A DNA stretch of 63,551 bases, counting the filler, from Octopus bimaculoides (taxonomy: Eukaryota), in NCBI RefSeq assembly GCF_001194135.2. It is 5 parts of 5 records of this genome, joined end to end, with 100 filler letters (N's around TTAATTAATTAA, not from the genome) between each part and the next. Parts side by side here need not be neighbours in the genome. Positions count along the whole stretch, not along the records: positions 5,105 to 26,627 come from NC_068987.1; positions 26,728 to 31,753 come from NC_068995.1; positions 31,854 to 59,359 come from NC_068983.1; 2 more parts are not named here. The stretch is one strand, 5' to 3'. Of the stretch, positions 26,104 through 39,944 are shown piece after piece (within the stretch, counting starts at the first letter, position 1; the number at the start of each line of letters is the position of its first letter). Below the pieces are notes generated by a model. The model had not been told where the DNA came from, did no database searches, and worked only from the letters and a program-made list of their open reading frames with translations. Position numbers and translations under genes: made by a program.

Positions 26104-26487
26104 AGTAACACAACATATCCAAGACTCGGGACAGTTCTGCGCTTGGTGGTCCGATTAACGAATCCAATTTAAGTTAATTAGTTAAAATGGCTCAGGTTTC
26201 TGGAAAATGGACGTAACCTTACGAAAATGGACGGTTAAATTGGAGCATAAAATTGAACGAAATCAATGGCGTATAAAATAAGAGAATGATGATGTGGCGG
26301 GAGTTAAACAGAAGAGCGTTCGACTTTATGACATTTGACTTTCATTACATTCAGGAACTTGAATAGAACAGAATTAGCTTGGTGGAAATAAACCTATTCT
26401 GGAATTAAAAGAACAAGAGAGACTATGCATGCAAACACACACAGACAGACACACATATGTGTGTATGTGTTTATGTATGTATGTATT

Positions 26488-26553
<66 letters not shown>

Positions 26554-26727
26554 CATTTCTTTTATTAGCCACACAGGGCTCAACGAAGATGGGACAAATA
26601 CAATGTAGAGCTTTTCTTTTTGGGAGGNNNNNNNNNNNNNNNNNNNNNNNNNNNNNNNNNNNNNNNNNNNNTTAATTAATTAANNNNNNNNNNNNNNNNN
26701 NNNNNNNNNNNNNNNNNNNNNNNNNNN

Positions 26728-26781
<54 letters not shown>

Positions 26782-27344
26782 CAATTTATATGAATAACAA
26801 ATATAGATATAAATACATATACATTTATACAACTGCGCGCGCGCGCACTGACACACATACACGCAAACACGCACACACACATACAAATAAAGACAAACAA
26901 TTGAATTGCTCCTTGCTGTGTTGTGTGGTTCAGTCTGTAGGTGGCCATTCAAATTAAAGGTGGCAACGTCTGTGTTTTATATCCCATGACCGAGATTTGG
27001 TGGCGTTCAGACTGTGTGACCAACACACTTAATGATAGTTCAGTCCAACAAACCGTGAACGACCAGCTTGGAAAAGACAGAGACATGGCGTGTTTGTATG
27101 TGATCAGTGACTGGGTGGAATCTACCTTAATTAAGTAATTGTCGCGAGGGGAAAATCTTTTCTTTCCTCCAGTCCCTTAATTTGTGATAGACCCGAACAA
27201 ATCCACCTCACTTATGAACTTTGATCTTCGCGTTTTGAAGCACTAACACTATTTACCATGCTATGTGCTACTTGTTAGCAAGGATTAAGTAACGCGGCAA
27301 CACTCTAACGACACTCATACCACCACCAACAACAATTAATGCTG

Positions 27345-27429
<85 letters not shown>

Positions 27430-27430
27430 T

Positions 27431-27688
27431 AAAGGTTGTTCTTGTTGTCCTCGGAGCATTGGGTTCAATACCGCCGAACTTGAAGAAACATCTGGACATT
27501 TTAGAAATATCCTACAGTCTTGATGTATTGCAACAATCGGCTTCACCTGGAACTGCAAACATACTGTTTAAAGTACTGACTGGCTGAGGTACTTGTTGTG
27601 ACTTGACAGACAGTACAAACCCCGTTACACACAATATCTTCAATATCTTCAATCGACATGACGATATTGTGTGACGTCTTCGATAATA
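27431..27688 (+). mobile_element. R4/Dong subfamily A 3' end
   Basis: VVLGALGSIPPNLKKHLDILEISYSLDVLQQSA..GTANIL; 3' UTR matches the reverse complement of 21484-21590; preceded by (TAA)n at 27344-27430. Confidence 0.85.
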
Positions 27689-28053
27689 GCGACAAAAAGA
27701 AATGGAAAAACTTTCAAAATACAAAGACCTAGAAATAGAGGTAACTCGAATGTGGAATCTAAAGACAGAAACAATTCCTATCATAGTAGGTGCCTTAGGT
27801 ATAATAAAAAAATATTCAGATAAATACATAACAAAAACACCAGGACTTACAAATATATATAACATACAGAAAATTGCACTACTAGGCACTGCACACAGCC
27901 TACGCAAAACACTTTCAATACAGTAACCATAAGAGCATCACAGCAAACCACAGCACATACCCAAGGCACACAGAACTGCGCTCGGTAGTAAAGTGAAAGC
28001 ACGTTATAAAAATAAAACTACTGAACAATAATAATAATAATAGTAATAATAAT
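27689..28053 (+). mobile_element. R4/Dong subfamily B 3' end with (TAA)n tail
   Basis: ORF 27702 MEKLSKYKDLEIEVTRMW...IVGALG...QKIALLGTAHSLRKTLSIQ; 3' UTR recurs at 29826-29935, 31495-31600 and 32144-32192. Confidence 0.9.
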
Positions 28054-28343
28054 GTTCATCGCCCTTAGGCAGGTGTCTCTGGTTTAATAAACAACGAGAA
28101 ACGAGGACAAAATGCAGAAAAACTTAAGGTTTGTGTTACAAAAATATATACAATGTGTCTCAGTTCCTTTTTTTAAAAACAAATATTAATAATTATAAGT
28201 TAATATATCTGTCAATTAATCTTTCACTTTTTATATACTAATTGTCTTTCTTTTTTTCATATGATATTTTTTCCAATTATAATTTATAACATTCTGTAAA
28301 TTATATTCTTAATTAAAAATTCCAATTTCAGTCTGCATGTATT

Positions 28344-28375
<32 letters not shown>

Positions 28376-28774
28376 TGCATGTAGGGTATGTATGTATCTA
28401 TATATGTATGCATGCAAGTATGTATGTGAATATATATATATATAGATAGATAGACAGATAGATAGACATAGTTATATATATATATACGTATATAAGCATA
28501 TATATATATACATATACATGTATATATACTTTTACTTAAATATATATAAGTATATATGCATATACATATATATATATATATNNNNNNNNNNNNNNNNNNN
28601 NNNNNNNNNNNNNNNNNNNNNNNNNNNNNNNNNNNNNNNNNNNNNNNNNNNNNNNNNNNNNNNNNNNNNNNNNNNNNNNNNATGTATGTATGCATGTATG
28701 CATGCATGTATGCATGCATGTATGTATGTATATGATGGCAGACAGTGAGGGAGACATATATATATACTTATATA

Positions 28775-28838
<64 letters not shown>

Positions 28839-28999
28839 TAAAACAGTTTGATTCGGTTCCAAGTAACTTAAAGTTCCTCGGGTTTCTAACAAAAACCCTT
28901 CTCCTTCAGGCTTATATTACTGCTGTCCACTCAGTTGTACATATATCCATATATACATATATCCATATATGTATATGTATAAATATATATGTGTGTAGC

Positions 29000-29225
29000 C
29001 CCTTGGGGGCAATAAAGAAATAAGAAACGTTAGCATGCCGTACGAAATGCTTAGCAGTATTTCGTCTGTCTACATTCTGAGTTCAAATTCCGCCGAGTGC
29101 GACTTTGCCTTTCACCCTCTCGGGGTCAATAAATTAAGTACCAGTTGCGTACTGGGGTCGATCTAATCGACTGGCCCCCCACCCCCACCCCAAAAATTTC
29201 GGGCCTTGTGCCTAGAGTAAAAAGA
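29000..29225 (+). mobile_element. SINE family A preceded by agcccctt..ggcaataaagaaataagaa
   Basis: Family A body and tail; the same linker occurs at 45066-45095. Confidence 0.88.
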
Positions 29226-29294
29226 ATATGTGAGATTGTTTCGTTTTTGCTGCCGCATATCCTACAAAGGGGTAATTCGCTACTCTTATCTATT

Positions 29295-29760
29295 TGTAAC
29301 TTGGTGTAATTAGTTGTCAGAGCTTATTCCTGGGCGCTGCATCCTTTCACATCACTTTTTCCTAACCATCTCCCAGTGTTGGTCTTGTCCTTTCCTTTGA
29401 TTGCTCTGATGTATTGCACAGGCAGTGATTTCATTTTCCAATTGTTTATTCTTTCTTCTTCGTCTTGTTTCGTAAATCTTTGTGGATGCATCATATTTTC
29501 AGTGGGTATTGTATTGTTTATTCTAACGGCGGCAATCAAGGATTCACTCTGCTGTTTGCTGTATCAACCCAGACTGTTCTTCTCGTTGACAAATCAGGTC
29601 TTGCATCCTTTGACGCCTCTTCCTCCTTTGTTCTTTCGCACATATAGCCTGTCAGTATCGCTGTTTGGGTGTAGTTCCTTGTTAATTGCAATAACTTTTC
29701 TGGTTATCCTGTCCATTTCCTCAAGCTCTTTCTTTGTCCAGCTAACAACACCTGCGCTAT
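29295..29760 (-). mobile_element. R4/Dong RT C-terminal fragment
   Basis: AGVVSWTKKELEEMDRITRK...HPNSDTDRLYVRKNKGGRG...WLGKSD..AQE*ALTT, typical of R4-clade RT downstream motifs; bounded by (TAA/TGA)n at 29760-29825. Confidence 0.8.
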
Positions 29761-29793
29761 CATCATCATCATCATCATTATTATTATTATTAA

Positions 29794-29825
<32 letters not shown>

Positions 29826-29830
<5 letters not shown>

Positions 29831-30700
29831 GTTCAGTAGTTTTATTTTTATAGCGTGCTTCCACTTCACTACCGAGCGCAGCTCTGTGCGCCTTGGGTAT
29901 GTGCTGTGGTTTGCTGTGATGCTCTTATGGTTACTGTATTGAAAGTGTTTTGCGTAGGATGTGTGCAGTGCCCAGTAGTGCAATTTTCTGTATGTTATAT
30001 ATATTTGTAAGTCCTGCTATTTTTGTTATGTATTTGTCTGAATATTTTTTTTATCATACCTAANNNNNNNNNNNNNNNNNNNNNNNNNNNNNNNNNNNNN
30101 NNNNNNNNNNNNNNNNNNNNNNNNNNNNNNNNNNNNNNNNNNNNNNNNNNNNNNNNNNNNNNNNNNNNNNNNNNNNNNNNNNNNNNNNNNNNNNNNNNNN
30201 NNNNNNNNNNNNNNNNNNNNNNNNNNNNNNNNNNNNNNNNNNNNNNNNNNNNNNNNNNNNNNNNNNNNNNNNNNNNNNNNNNNNNNNNNNNNNNNNNNNN
30301 NNNNNNNNNNNNNNNNNNNNNNNNNNNNNNNNNNNNNNNNNNNNNNNNNNNNNNNNNNNNNNNNNNNNNNNNNNNNNNNNNNNNNNNNNNNNNNNNNNNN
30401 NNNNNNNNNNNNNNNNNNNNNNNNNNNNNNNNNNNNNNNNNNNNNNNNNNNNNGGAATTGTTTCTGTTTTTAGATTCCACATTCGAGTTATCTCTATTTC
30501 CAGGTCTTTGTATTTTGAAAGTTTTTCCATTTCTTTTAGAGAAACGTTGTCATCTGCTGGTATTGATACATCAATTAGAAAGCATTTTTTTTCTTCATGA
30601 TCTTTGACAACTATATCTGGTCTATTTGCCTTAATTTCTCTATCTGTGTGTATTGGCATATCCCAGAGTATGGTTGCTTTCTCGTTTTCTGTGACCTTAT
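29826..30700 (-). mobile_element. R4/Dong subfamily B endonuclease plus 3' UTR, split by an N gap
   Basis: KVTENEKATILWDMPIHTDREIKANRPDIVVKDHEEKKCFLIDVSIPADD..KEMEKLSKYKDL; both ends bounded by (TAA)n. Confidence 0.9.
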
Positions 30701-30766
30701 TATTATTATTATTATTAATATTATTATTATTATTATTATTATTATGATTATTATTATTATTATTAT

Positions 30767-30820
30767 TAAGGCGGCGAGCTGGCAGAATCATTAGCACGCC
30801 GGGCGAAATGCTTAGCGGTA
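30767..30820 (+). mobile_element. SINE family A head only
   Basis: aaggcggcgagctggcagaatcattagcacgccgggcgaaatgcttagcggtat. Confidence 0.85.
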
Positions 30821-31344
<524 letters not shown>

Positions 31345-31494
31345 GAGAGTATTGTAGTTCGCTTGAAGCATTGTGTATTGTTTGTAAAGAATAAAAAGTT
31401 TAGAAAGGTATAACAATGCACTATAGAATAAAAAATGGACTATATACCTGTTGTAACTTGGTAATCTATAGTCCGATTATTATTATTATTATCA

Positions 31495-31691
31495 TTGTTC
31501 AGTAGTTTTATTTTTATAACGTGCTTTCACTTCACTACCGAGCGCAGCTCTGTGTGCCTTGGGTATGTGCTGTGGTTTGCTGTGATGCTCTTATGGTTAC
31601 TGTATTGAAAGTGTTTTGCATAGGATGAGTGCAGTGCCCAGTAGTGCAATTTTCTGTATGTTATATATATTTGTAAGTCCTGGTGTTTTTG

Positions 31692-31692
<1 letters not shown>
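31495..31692 (-). mobile_element. R4/Dong subfamily B 3' end
   Basis: Near-identical to the reverse complement of 27840-28027; (TAT)n on both sides. Confidence 0.9.
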
Positions 31693-31753
<61 letters not shown>

Positions 31754-31853
31754 NNNNNNNNNNNNNNNNNNNNNNNNNNNNNNNNNNNNNNNNNNNNTTA
31801 ATTAATTAANNNNNNNNNNNNNNNNNNNNNNNNNNNNNNNNNNNNNNNNNNNN

Positions 31854-32063
31854 TTGCTTTAGTTTTTCTTTTGCCTCAGGTAAGTCTTTTTCTGTAATGC
31901 TGTATTTGTACAGTATTTTTGTTTTCTTCTTGTTACTTAGTAGTGTTGATTGTTTACTAATTTCGTTGAGAATCGATAAATCTTTTCTCTTTTTTTTAAT
32001 TTTGTTCTGGATGTTATTTATCCACAAGGTCTCTTTGGGTGGTAGAACTCCTGTTCGGATGGG

Positions 32064-32068
<5 letters not shown>
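31854..32068 (-). mobile_element. R4/Dong N-terminal ORF fragment (probable)
   Basis: PPKETLWINNIQNKIKKKRKDLSILNEI resembles the P.W..RL...I...RKDL region upstream of R4-clade RT; bounded by (TAT)n. Confidence 0.55.
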
Positions 32069-32143
<75 letters not shown>

Positions 32144-32192
32144 GTTGTTGTTGTTCAGTAGTTTTATTTTTATAACGTGCTTTCACTTCACT
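32144..32192 (-). mobile_element. R4/Dong subfamily B terminal 3' UTR stub
   Basis: ttgttcagtagttttatttttataacgtgctttcacttcac matches the subfamily B 3' end; (TAT)n on both sides. Confidence 0.85.
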
Positions 32193-32440
32193 TATTATCA
32201 TTATTATTATTATTATCTTCTTTTAATTTTGCTTTCATTTCTTGCCGTGTGTCTTCCCAACACCTAGAGCAAAGAGACTCTTTTTTTTACATTGTTACGC
32301 AATTAAATAAACAAGCCTCATTGTTCATTTACAAAGTCATGTGATAGAAAAATTGGAAAGCTGCTTCCCTCAGATGGTGCGTTTTATGTAAATTTCCTTT
32401 CGCTCCCATCCGATGTCAGTTTTCCCCTGGCTACTTACAG

Positions 32441-33364
32441 TACACTATTGATAATAAGGAGAACAAAGAATTTCAACATTCAAACTTTATGTTTATTACA
32501 TCCGCCTTAGCTAAGGTATTGTTTTCAGTTGTGTTTGTTTGTTTGTTTGTTTGTTTGTTTGTTTGTCTGTCCGTGTACGAGATATCTCAAGAACCGCTGG
32601 ATGGATTGGGATGAACCTTTCAGGGAGGTTTGGCCACGTGACTGGCAAGCACTGATTAGATTTAGGGATCGATCCGGTACCGGATAAGGGTTCTGGATTA
32701 TTTTTCTTGTCTTTTTACTTAATTTTGGGGAGCGGTCGGGTTCATTTTTAATATTCTCGTTTGCGAAAGCAGTCGAGTTTATTTCAGATATTCTCGATTT
32801 AAAAATCATCTCTGGCTAATCGTTGAGAGGACGTTGGTGTTGCATTGGCAGAGGTTTGCGCTCCCTGAGTGCTCTTGTTTACAGTTGGTTTATTCATAAT
32901 AATTATCCGACACGTACTTCGATTGCATTAAATGCATATTTTTGCATATTTATATGCAGTGATCTATGCATTATTAGTACGATCTCTTCAGGGTGTATAA
33001 ATATGACATTGTTTGAAGAGGAATTTTCCTCCGTTATTAATTTGAATTAAGCTTCATAGCAGTAGTAGTAAACCACGATGTTCATCGGTGAGCTGTTTTT
33101 CACAACTGATTGTTTGGATAAAATACAGCAGCAACACCAGCAGTAGCAGTGGCTGTTGAAGTAACAGCTCAGAGATGAATGTCAGGGTTTACAACTACTG
33201 CTCTTCGAACAATGTCATATTTATACACCCTGAAGAGATCGTACTAATAATGCATAAATCGCTGCATATAAATAAGTGTCGCACCATTATTATGAATAAA
33301 CCAACTGTAAGTAAACATAAAGTCTGAATGTTCAACTTCATCATTCGCTTTATTATCAATATAT

Positions 33365-33365
<1 letters not shown>
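32441..33365. mobile_element. Foldback/MITE with long inverted arms; left arm interrupted by a HINE
   Basis: 32446-32495 plus 32879-33020 is the reverse complement of 33198-33361. Confidence 0.75.
32493..32880 (+). mobile_element. HINE/DINE-1-like non-autonomous Helentron-associated element
   Basis: 5' ttattacatccgcc, internal (GTTT)n, subterminal inverted ttggcagagg at about 32845, 3' hairpin gcgctccctgagtgc at 32858-32872, T-rich insertion site. Confidence 0.7.
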
Positions 33366-33395
<30 letters not shown>

Positions 33396-33406
33396 CATAC
33401 ATATAT

Positions 33407-33478
<72 letters not shown>

Positions 33479-34646
33479 GTGTGTGTCCGAGCGTTTGAGT
33501 GTGTGTGTGTGTAAGAGAGAGAGAGTGATGGGGTTCTTTTTCAGTGAACAAAAATTTTAAATTCGTCATGGTTTTGCAGATAATGGTTGTTCAGTGTATT
33601 ATTGCCAATAATGTTTTCATCGTTAACTCATAGGAAATGACAGTCTTGAAATCAATAGAGTGTTGGCTTTCAAATCACAATCGATTTTTAATATGCACTG
33701 AGGTTCAAGGTTTATTTAATATAGAAATGGAACAAATGTTTAACCCAGTACCGTCAATTTTGCATCTATTTCATCCCCGTTGACATTTGAAACTTAATTT
33801 TGATCTCGTCGTTCCCTTTCATTCATGATGTTCAATCCGTAGATCATTAGCTGAGAGTATTGTCATGTTTGTCACGTTTCTCCAGCCGTAGAATGTTCCA
33901 AAGTAATGAGAGAGGCATATAAAAGGTTACAGTTCTGGTACACTGAAGATTGAAAGATTTCGATTCCCTTTTGAAAACATTGGTAGTCATAGGTTCCACA
34001 CACTAAAATGTTTTGGGAGTTTAAAGAAACGATGAGCGTAGTAGAAAGTCGTATTCAATTTAACATCGTAACACAGTCAACATACGTTGGCTTTTTAACT
34101 CTAAATTATATCAACGCGACGTCTCATGTGTATAAAAATATATACATTAATACTGAGACGGAGAAACAACTGTCAATAGTAATGGAAGTATTGTGTTATA
34201 TACATATATATATATATATATATANNNNNNNNNNNNNNNNNNNNNNNNNNNNNNNNNNNNNNNNNNNNNNNNNNNNNNNNNNNNNNNNNNNNNNNNNNNN
34301 NNNNNNNNNNNNNNNNNNNNNNNNNNNNNNNNNNNNNNNNNNNNNNNNNNNNNNNNNNNNNNNNNNNNNNNNNNNNNNNNNNNNNNNNNNNNNNNNNNNN
34401 NNNNNNNNNNNNNNNNNNNNNNNNNNNNNNNNNNNNNNNNNNNNNNNNNNNNNNNNNNNNNNNNNNNNNNNNNNNNNNNNNNNNNNNNNNNNNNNNNNNN
34501 NNNNNNNNNNNNNNNNNNNNNNNNNNNNNNNNNNNNNNNNNNNNNNNNNNNNNNNNNNNNNNNNNNNNNNNNNNNNNNNNNNNNNNNNNNNNNNNNNNNN
34601 NNNNNNNNNNNNNNNNNNNNNNNNNNNNNNNNNNNNNNNNNNNNNN

Positions 34647-34709
<63 letters not shown>

Positions 34710-34959
34710 TATATACATGGAGTTCTCCTTGCAACGGTGAGGTCACAACACCGCTCGAACTGCTGGTCATATCAAGCAGCTTCCGTTGCCGTTATCTTCC
34801 AATCGATCCATATATTATTATTAATGAGCTTAGATGAAGGATACACCAGAGTGGGATTTGTATCTTTTAATCTAAAGGTTCTTCCTTCCCAGAAATTGTG
34901 TTAAAGCAGATTCTGCTTGAAGATTACATTACGCATGCCTTTGTCTGTTCAGCATTCAG

Positions 34960-35165
34960 CCACACTCGGACGATAATCCAGGATGGAGATATGTCAATTA
35001 CACCGACCCCAGTACTCGACTGGTACGTATTTATAGACCCCAAAATGGGGAAAGACTAAGTCGACCATTGCTGCATTTGAACTCAGAACAGAAAGACAGA
35101 ACGGACGAAATGCCGCTAAGAACTTTGTCCGGCGTGCATATGTTTCTGCCTGCTTGCCGCCTTAC
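34960..35165 (-). mobile_element. SINE family A (decayed)
   Basis: ccgaccccagtactcgactggtacg...aactcagaacagaaagacag...gacgaaatgccgctaag. Confidence 0.75.
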
Positions 35166-35424
35166 AAAACAAATGGAATATTACTGTGCAGAGATACAGA
35201 TAACCATTTTATATTTTGATAACAATAAGGAGTCTATTCGATGCTGTCATCAGACGCATTACGAGTCGTCGAAAAAGTTTAAAAGATGAGACAGAAAAAA
35301 ATAAGACGCATAAAGAACAACCAACAAGAACGCAAGTATATATGTATTCTTTTATTCTTGTATATGTTTCAGCCTTGATACTGTGGCCATGCTGGGGCAC
35401 CGCCAGTGAAATCATCTTTTAATT

Positions 35425-36460
35425 GGCCTATTCTATGACATTCGCTTTTGGTGAAGGAGGGAGTTCGATGCCGCTGCCCTCTTTTGAGTTTCCGGCCTTG
35501 ATATTGGTCCATCTGAGATTTTGGATAGCAAGAGGACAAGCCGTTTCTTCAAAACGTCTACTCCCACTCCATAAAGATCCTTCAGATGTTTTGGCAAGGA
35601 GTTAAATAGCTGTGGGCCCTTGAATCCCAAGTTATTGCAGTACATGGTCCTCAACTTAGATGAGACAGCTGGGACTTTTGGAACAGTGCTGTGACGTCCA
35701 ATTCAAGGTCTGGTATAACTCTCAATCCCAAAGTCTGGTGCCAGCCCCTCCAGAATCTTCCATACATATATCACTGCGTACCTCTCCCGTCTTCGCTCCA
35801 GGAAGTAGAGTCGTAGCTCTTTCAGTCTCTCCCAGTAGCTCAGCTGTTCCATTGATGCAATCTTCCTCGTGTAGTATAACGGAACTGCCTCAAGTTCTGC
35901 TATTAATCCTACACTGTAAGGTGACCACAGCTGAGAGCAGTAGTCCAGCTGGCTGAAGACAAATGTCTTCCACAGGACCAGCATAGATTCCTGGTCCCTT
36001 GTTCTGAAGGCTCTCACAATCCTTCCGGCTTTTCACCTGCACACTGCCACCATCTCGTTGACATCCATCTGAAACGAGGCATCGTTGCTCATATGAATTC
36101 CAAGATCACGCACCGAATGTGCTTCTAGGATTGCCGCTCCTTTTGGCCCAATGTATTGTTGTTGCGACTTCTGAGCACCAATTAGCTGGTAGTGGAGGGC
36201 TTGGAATTTCCCTGTATTAAATTTCAGTCCTCTGCCTATTTATATATGGCATCCAGGTCTTTCTGAGGAAGATTAGCATCAGAAGATTCCTTGACTGCTT
36301 GCACTACTTTTGTGTCGCCGCCTCGGCATAGCTAGTATGTGTGGCTGCCTGTGCAAATGATGGTATGTCTGAAAGAGTCACCACGAACAGTAGTCTTCCC
36401 AATACAGTTCCCTGAGACACTCCACTATCTATTAATGACTCCACGGAGACATTAACAGAT
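35425..36460 (-). mobile_element. CR1-like LINE 3' fragment (RT and C-terminus), disrupted
   Basis: SGVSQGTVLGRLLF RT motif; ORF 35703 RAFRTRD..LWKTFV.SQLDYCSQLWSP...LSYWERLKELRLYFLERRRER; ends RAAASNSLLHQ. Confidence 0.88.
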
Positions 36461-36464
36461 ATTA

Positions 36465-36526
<62 letters not shown>

Positions 36527-37405
36527 NNNNNNNNNNNNNNNNNNNNNNNNNNNNNNNNNNNNNNNNNNNNNNNNNNNNNNNNNNNNNNNNNNNNNNNNNN
36601 NNNNNNNNNNNNNNNNNNNNNNNNNNNNNNNNNNNNNNNNNNNNNNNNNNNNNNNNNNNNNNNNNNNNNNNNNNNNNNNNNNNNNNNNNNNNNNNNNNNN
36701 NNNNNNNNNNNNNNNNNNNNNNNNNNNNNNNNNNNNNNNNNNNNNNNNNNNNNNNNNNNNNNNNNNNNNNNNNNNNNNNNNNNNNNNNNNNNNNNNNNNN
36801 NNNNNNNNNNNNNNNNNNNNNNNNNNNNNNNNNNNNNNNNNNNNNNNNNNNNNNNNNNNNNNNNNNNNNNNNNNNNNNNNNNNNNNNNNNNNNNNNNNNN
36901 NNNNNNNNNNNNNNNNNNNNNNNNNNNNNNNNNNNNNNNNNNNNNNNNNNNNNNNNNNNNNNNNNNNNNNNNNNNNNNNNNNNNNNNNNNNNNNNNNNNN
37001 NNNNNNNNNNNNNNNNNNNNNNNNNNNNNNNNNNNNNNNNNNNNNNNNNNNNNNNNNNNNNNNNNNNNNNNNNNNNNNNNNNNNNNNNNNNNNNNNNNNN
37101 NNNNNNNNNNNNNNNNNNNNNNNNNNNNNNNNNNNNNNNNNNNNNNNNNNNNNNNNNNNNNNNNNNNNNNNNNNNNNNNNNNNNNNNNNNNNNNNNNNNN
37201 NNNNNNNNNNNNNNNNNNNNNNNNNNNNNNNNNNNNNNNNNNNNNNNNNNNNNNNNNNNNNNNNNNNNNNNNNNTGGTGTCTATGAGATAAAATTTCTTA
37301 TGGAAACGACACCGTTCTTTGTCTCAGAGACGATATACTGAGATATGAAGTACTCAATACTTACTACTTTAGGCTCGGAGCAATAGAGACAGAGTAGAAT
37401 ATATT

Positions 37406-37623
37406 CTTTTCTACTCTAGGCACAAGGTCCAAAAGTTTGGCGGAGGCGGTCAGTCGATTAGATCGACCCCAGTACGCAACTGGTACTTAATTTATTGACC
37501 CCGAAAGGATGAAAGGCAAAGTCGACCTCAGCGAAATGTGAACTCAGAACGTAAAGACAGACGAAATACCGCTAAGCATTTGGCCCGGCGTGCTAACGAT
37601 TCTTTCAACTCGCCGCCTTAGAA
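37406..37623 (-). mobile_element. SINE family A with 11-bp TSD
   Basis: TSD tagaatatatt at 37395-37405 and 37624-37634. Confidence 0.92.
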
Positions 37624-38429
37624 TAGAATATATTTTATCAGGGAAAGAAACTCGACAAAATGCCTACAGAGGATTTGAACACCGAAGTTAATCTCCGCTA
37701 ACTGAATACTTATCTCTGTTGCCCTTTCGCTTTCAATGCTTTCCTCTCTCTCGATATGTATATGCCATATTTGTGATATTATCGGTGCATCTATATATGT
37801 GTATGCCGTTGAGAATATGTGGTAAGATCAATATAGTGTATATATGAATAGGAATATATAGACATAACAAGTGGCTGGTTCGATGGTGATAGGAAGAAAG
37901 TCAGGGAGGTTAATACAAATAAAACGGAAGGAAAGTTTGTAGTATTTAATGATTTTTTTTTCTGATGTATATATTCCTTTGCGACCATATTTACAATCCA
38001 ATTCATTTCAGCTTTCTTTCATATGATACAAGTTGCTATAAATTTAATGCAGCCGCATTTATTATCAAGAATCTCATTCGACGGGATATCATTTCTATCA
38101 GTTGATATCAGTTTCACTCAGTGAAGGAAATTAAATACGGCCCTCTGCCTCTATTGTTCCTTCCATCTTATTATTTATGTCTTGAAATGAATGTATCCTT
38201 GTTATTTGATGAGTTGTCTCATTAATGCTACCAAGAAAAATGTATTCACCAACAGTGGATCTGCTTAATGTCTTTTCAATATTCCTCGAGTCGTAGAATC
38301 TTGATGTCTAGTGTATGTACGCGCGCGTGTGTGTGTGTATATATATATACGAATCCACTAGACATTAAGAATCTCTCTTTCTCTCCCTCTCTCTCCCTCT
38401 CCCTCTCTCTCTCCCTCACTCTCTCCCTC

Positions 38430-38474
<45 letters not shown>

Positions 38475-38920
38475 ATATATGTGTGTGAGAAAGAGAGAGA
38501 AAGAGGGCCAGAGAGATAGAGAGGGGAGAGAGAGAGGGAAGAGAGAGAGGGGGAGAGAGAGGGGGAAAGAGAGGAGAGAGAGAGAGGGGAGATAGAGAGA
38601 GGGGAGAGAGAGAGGAGAGAGAGAGAGGAGAGAGAGAGAGACTTTAGATAACTGAGTTCAGACACAACTTCCAGCTTTCAATATTTTGCACGCATTTTGC
38701 TACTTAGTTGGTTGTTTTTCTCTCCCTTATTGCCTTCACAGATTTTAACTTCTACATTATTGAAACTATTCTAACCGAATATTGTGCCCTCAGAACTTAA
38801 GTTAACGTCCTAGATTTAAAAGTTATAACGAACTTGGTCATTCGGTGCTTTGTTTTGTGTTTCAAATATAAATAGTAAAGAAAGTTTATTTTGATAGTGT
38901 ATTTATGTTGAATCCAAGTC

Positions 38921-39439
38921 TATGAGGTGCATTCCAGAAGATTTCAGACTTCTTCAGAAGAGATTTTCAATGAAGTACAAAACTGGAATTCCTTTCAAGC
39001 AGGATCCTCTAACTTCCATTCACTTGCTGGAGTGCTCCAACAAATTCATTAAAGTCCTATAGAATTCCTCCAAAATGAAGGGGGTCAGAACCCATGTCAT
39101 AACTTCTTTCATCTTAAAAACTTGAGGTTTTCCTACAAATGTCACAAGGAACAAAATCTTGAGTTTAGGGAGGGGGTGAGGGACGGGTTTGATGCCCATC
39201 TCTGTCAAACAGTTGGTTACCAGGGTGATCATCAATGTGCACCCCGGGAACAAACTTTGCAACAGTTTTGCGTATCTTCAGAATTTCATGAGTAATTCTG
39301 TGTACAGTCACCACATGAACTCCAAACTGCATCCTTTATTATCTGTCATAGACACTCGACGTTCTTTATCTAGAAAATTGCGAATTTTCACAAACAGCTC
39401 ATATGTTCTGACATCCCTCTCCATCCCACGCCACTCGTC

Positions 39440-39504
<65 letters not shown>

Positions 39505-39833
39505 ACCTCCTCTCTACCCTACTTGGACATCTTGTATCAGTGAAAAATTTGATCCATAAACTGTCTGAAGAATATCGTAAGTTTTTCTAGCGTGCTTGCC
39601 CAGTTTAATAATGCTTTATTGCATAGCATACTTCCAGACGTTTGGACTGCATTCTGCCAATTTGTCGTGTGTGACAGTCTTTCGTCGAACGTGTTCAATG
39701 TGCTACTACAGCCGCGTCCTTCAATCTAGAATAAGAAAACTTAATTGTGTAGTAATGATATATTGCAATCTAGGGCAGTTATAAACGCCTCGCAAAAGAA
39801 AATGGTTTCTAAACTTCTACAAAGCACCTCGTA
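38921..39833 (-). mobile_element. Mariner relic with both TIRs, internally deleted
   Basis: TIRs tatgaggtgcattccagaagatttcaga and tctaaacttctacaaagcacctcgta; translations TVHRITHEILKIRKTVAKFVP and GIKPVPHP..(Q)DFVPCD; (CT)n insertion near 39440-39510. Confidence 0.75.
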
Positions 39834-39866
39834 TTTGATACAATGATTGATAACTCATATACATAT

Positions 39867-39908
<42 letters not shown>

Positions 39909-39944
39909 TATATTGTTGTATTTATTATATATATATTTATTTAT

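Noticed and set aside
26941-27138. 65-aa ORF after an acceptor-like ctgtag
   Set aside because: No recognisable homology, and an ORF of this length is expected by chance; RNA-seq would be needed.
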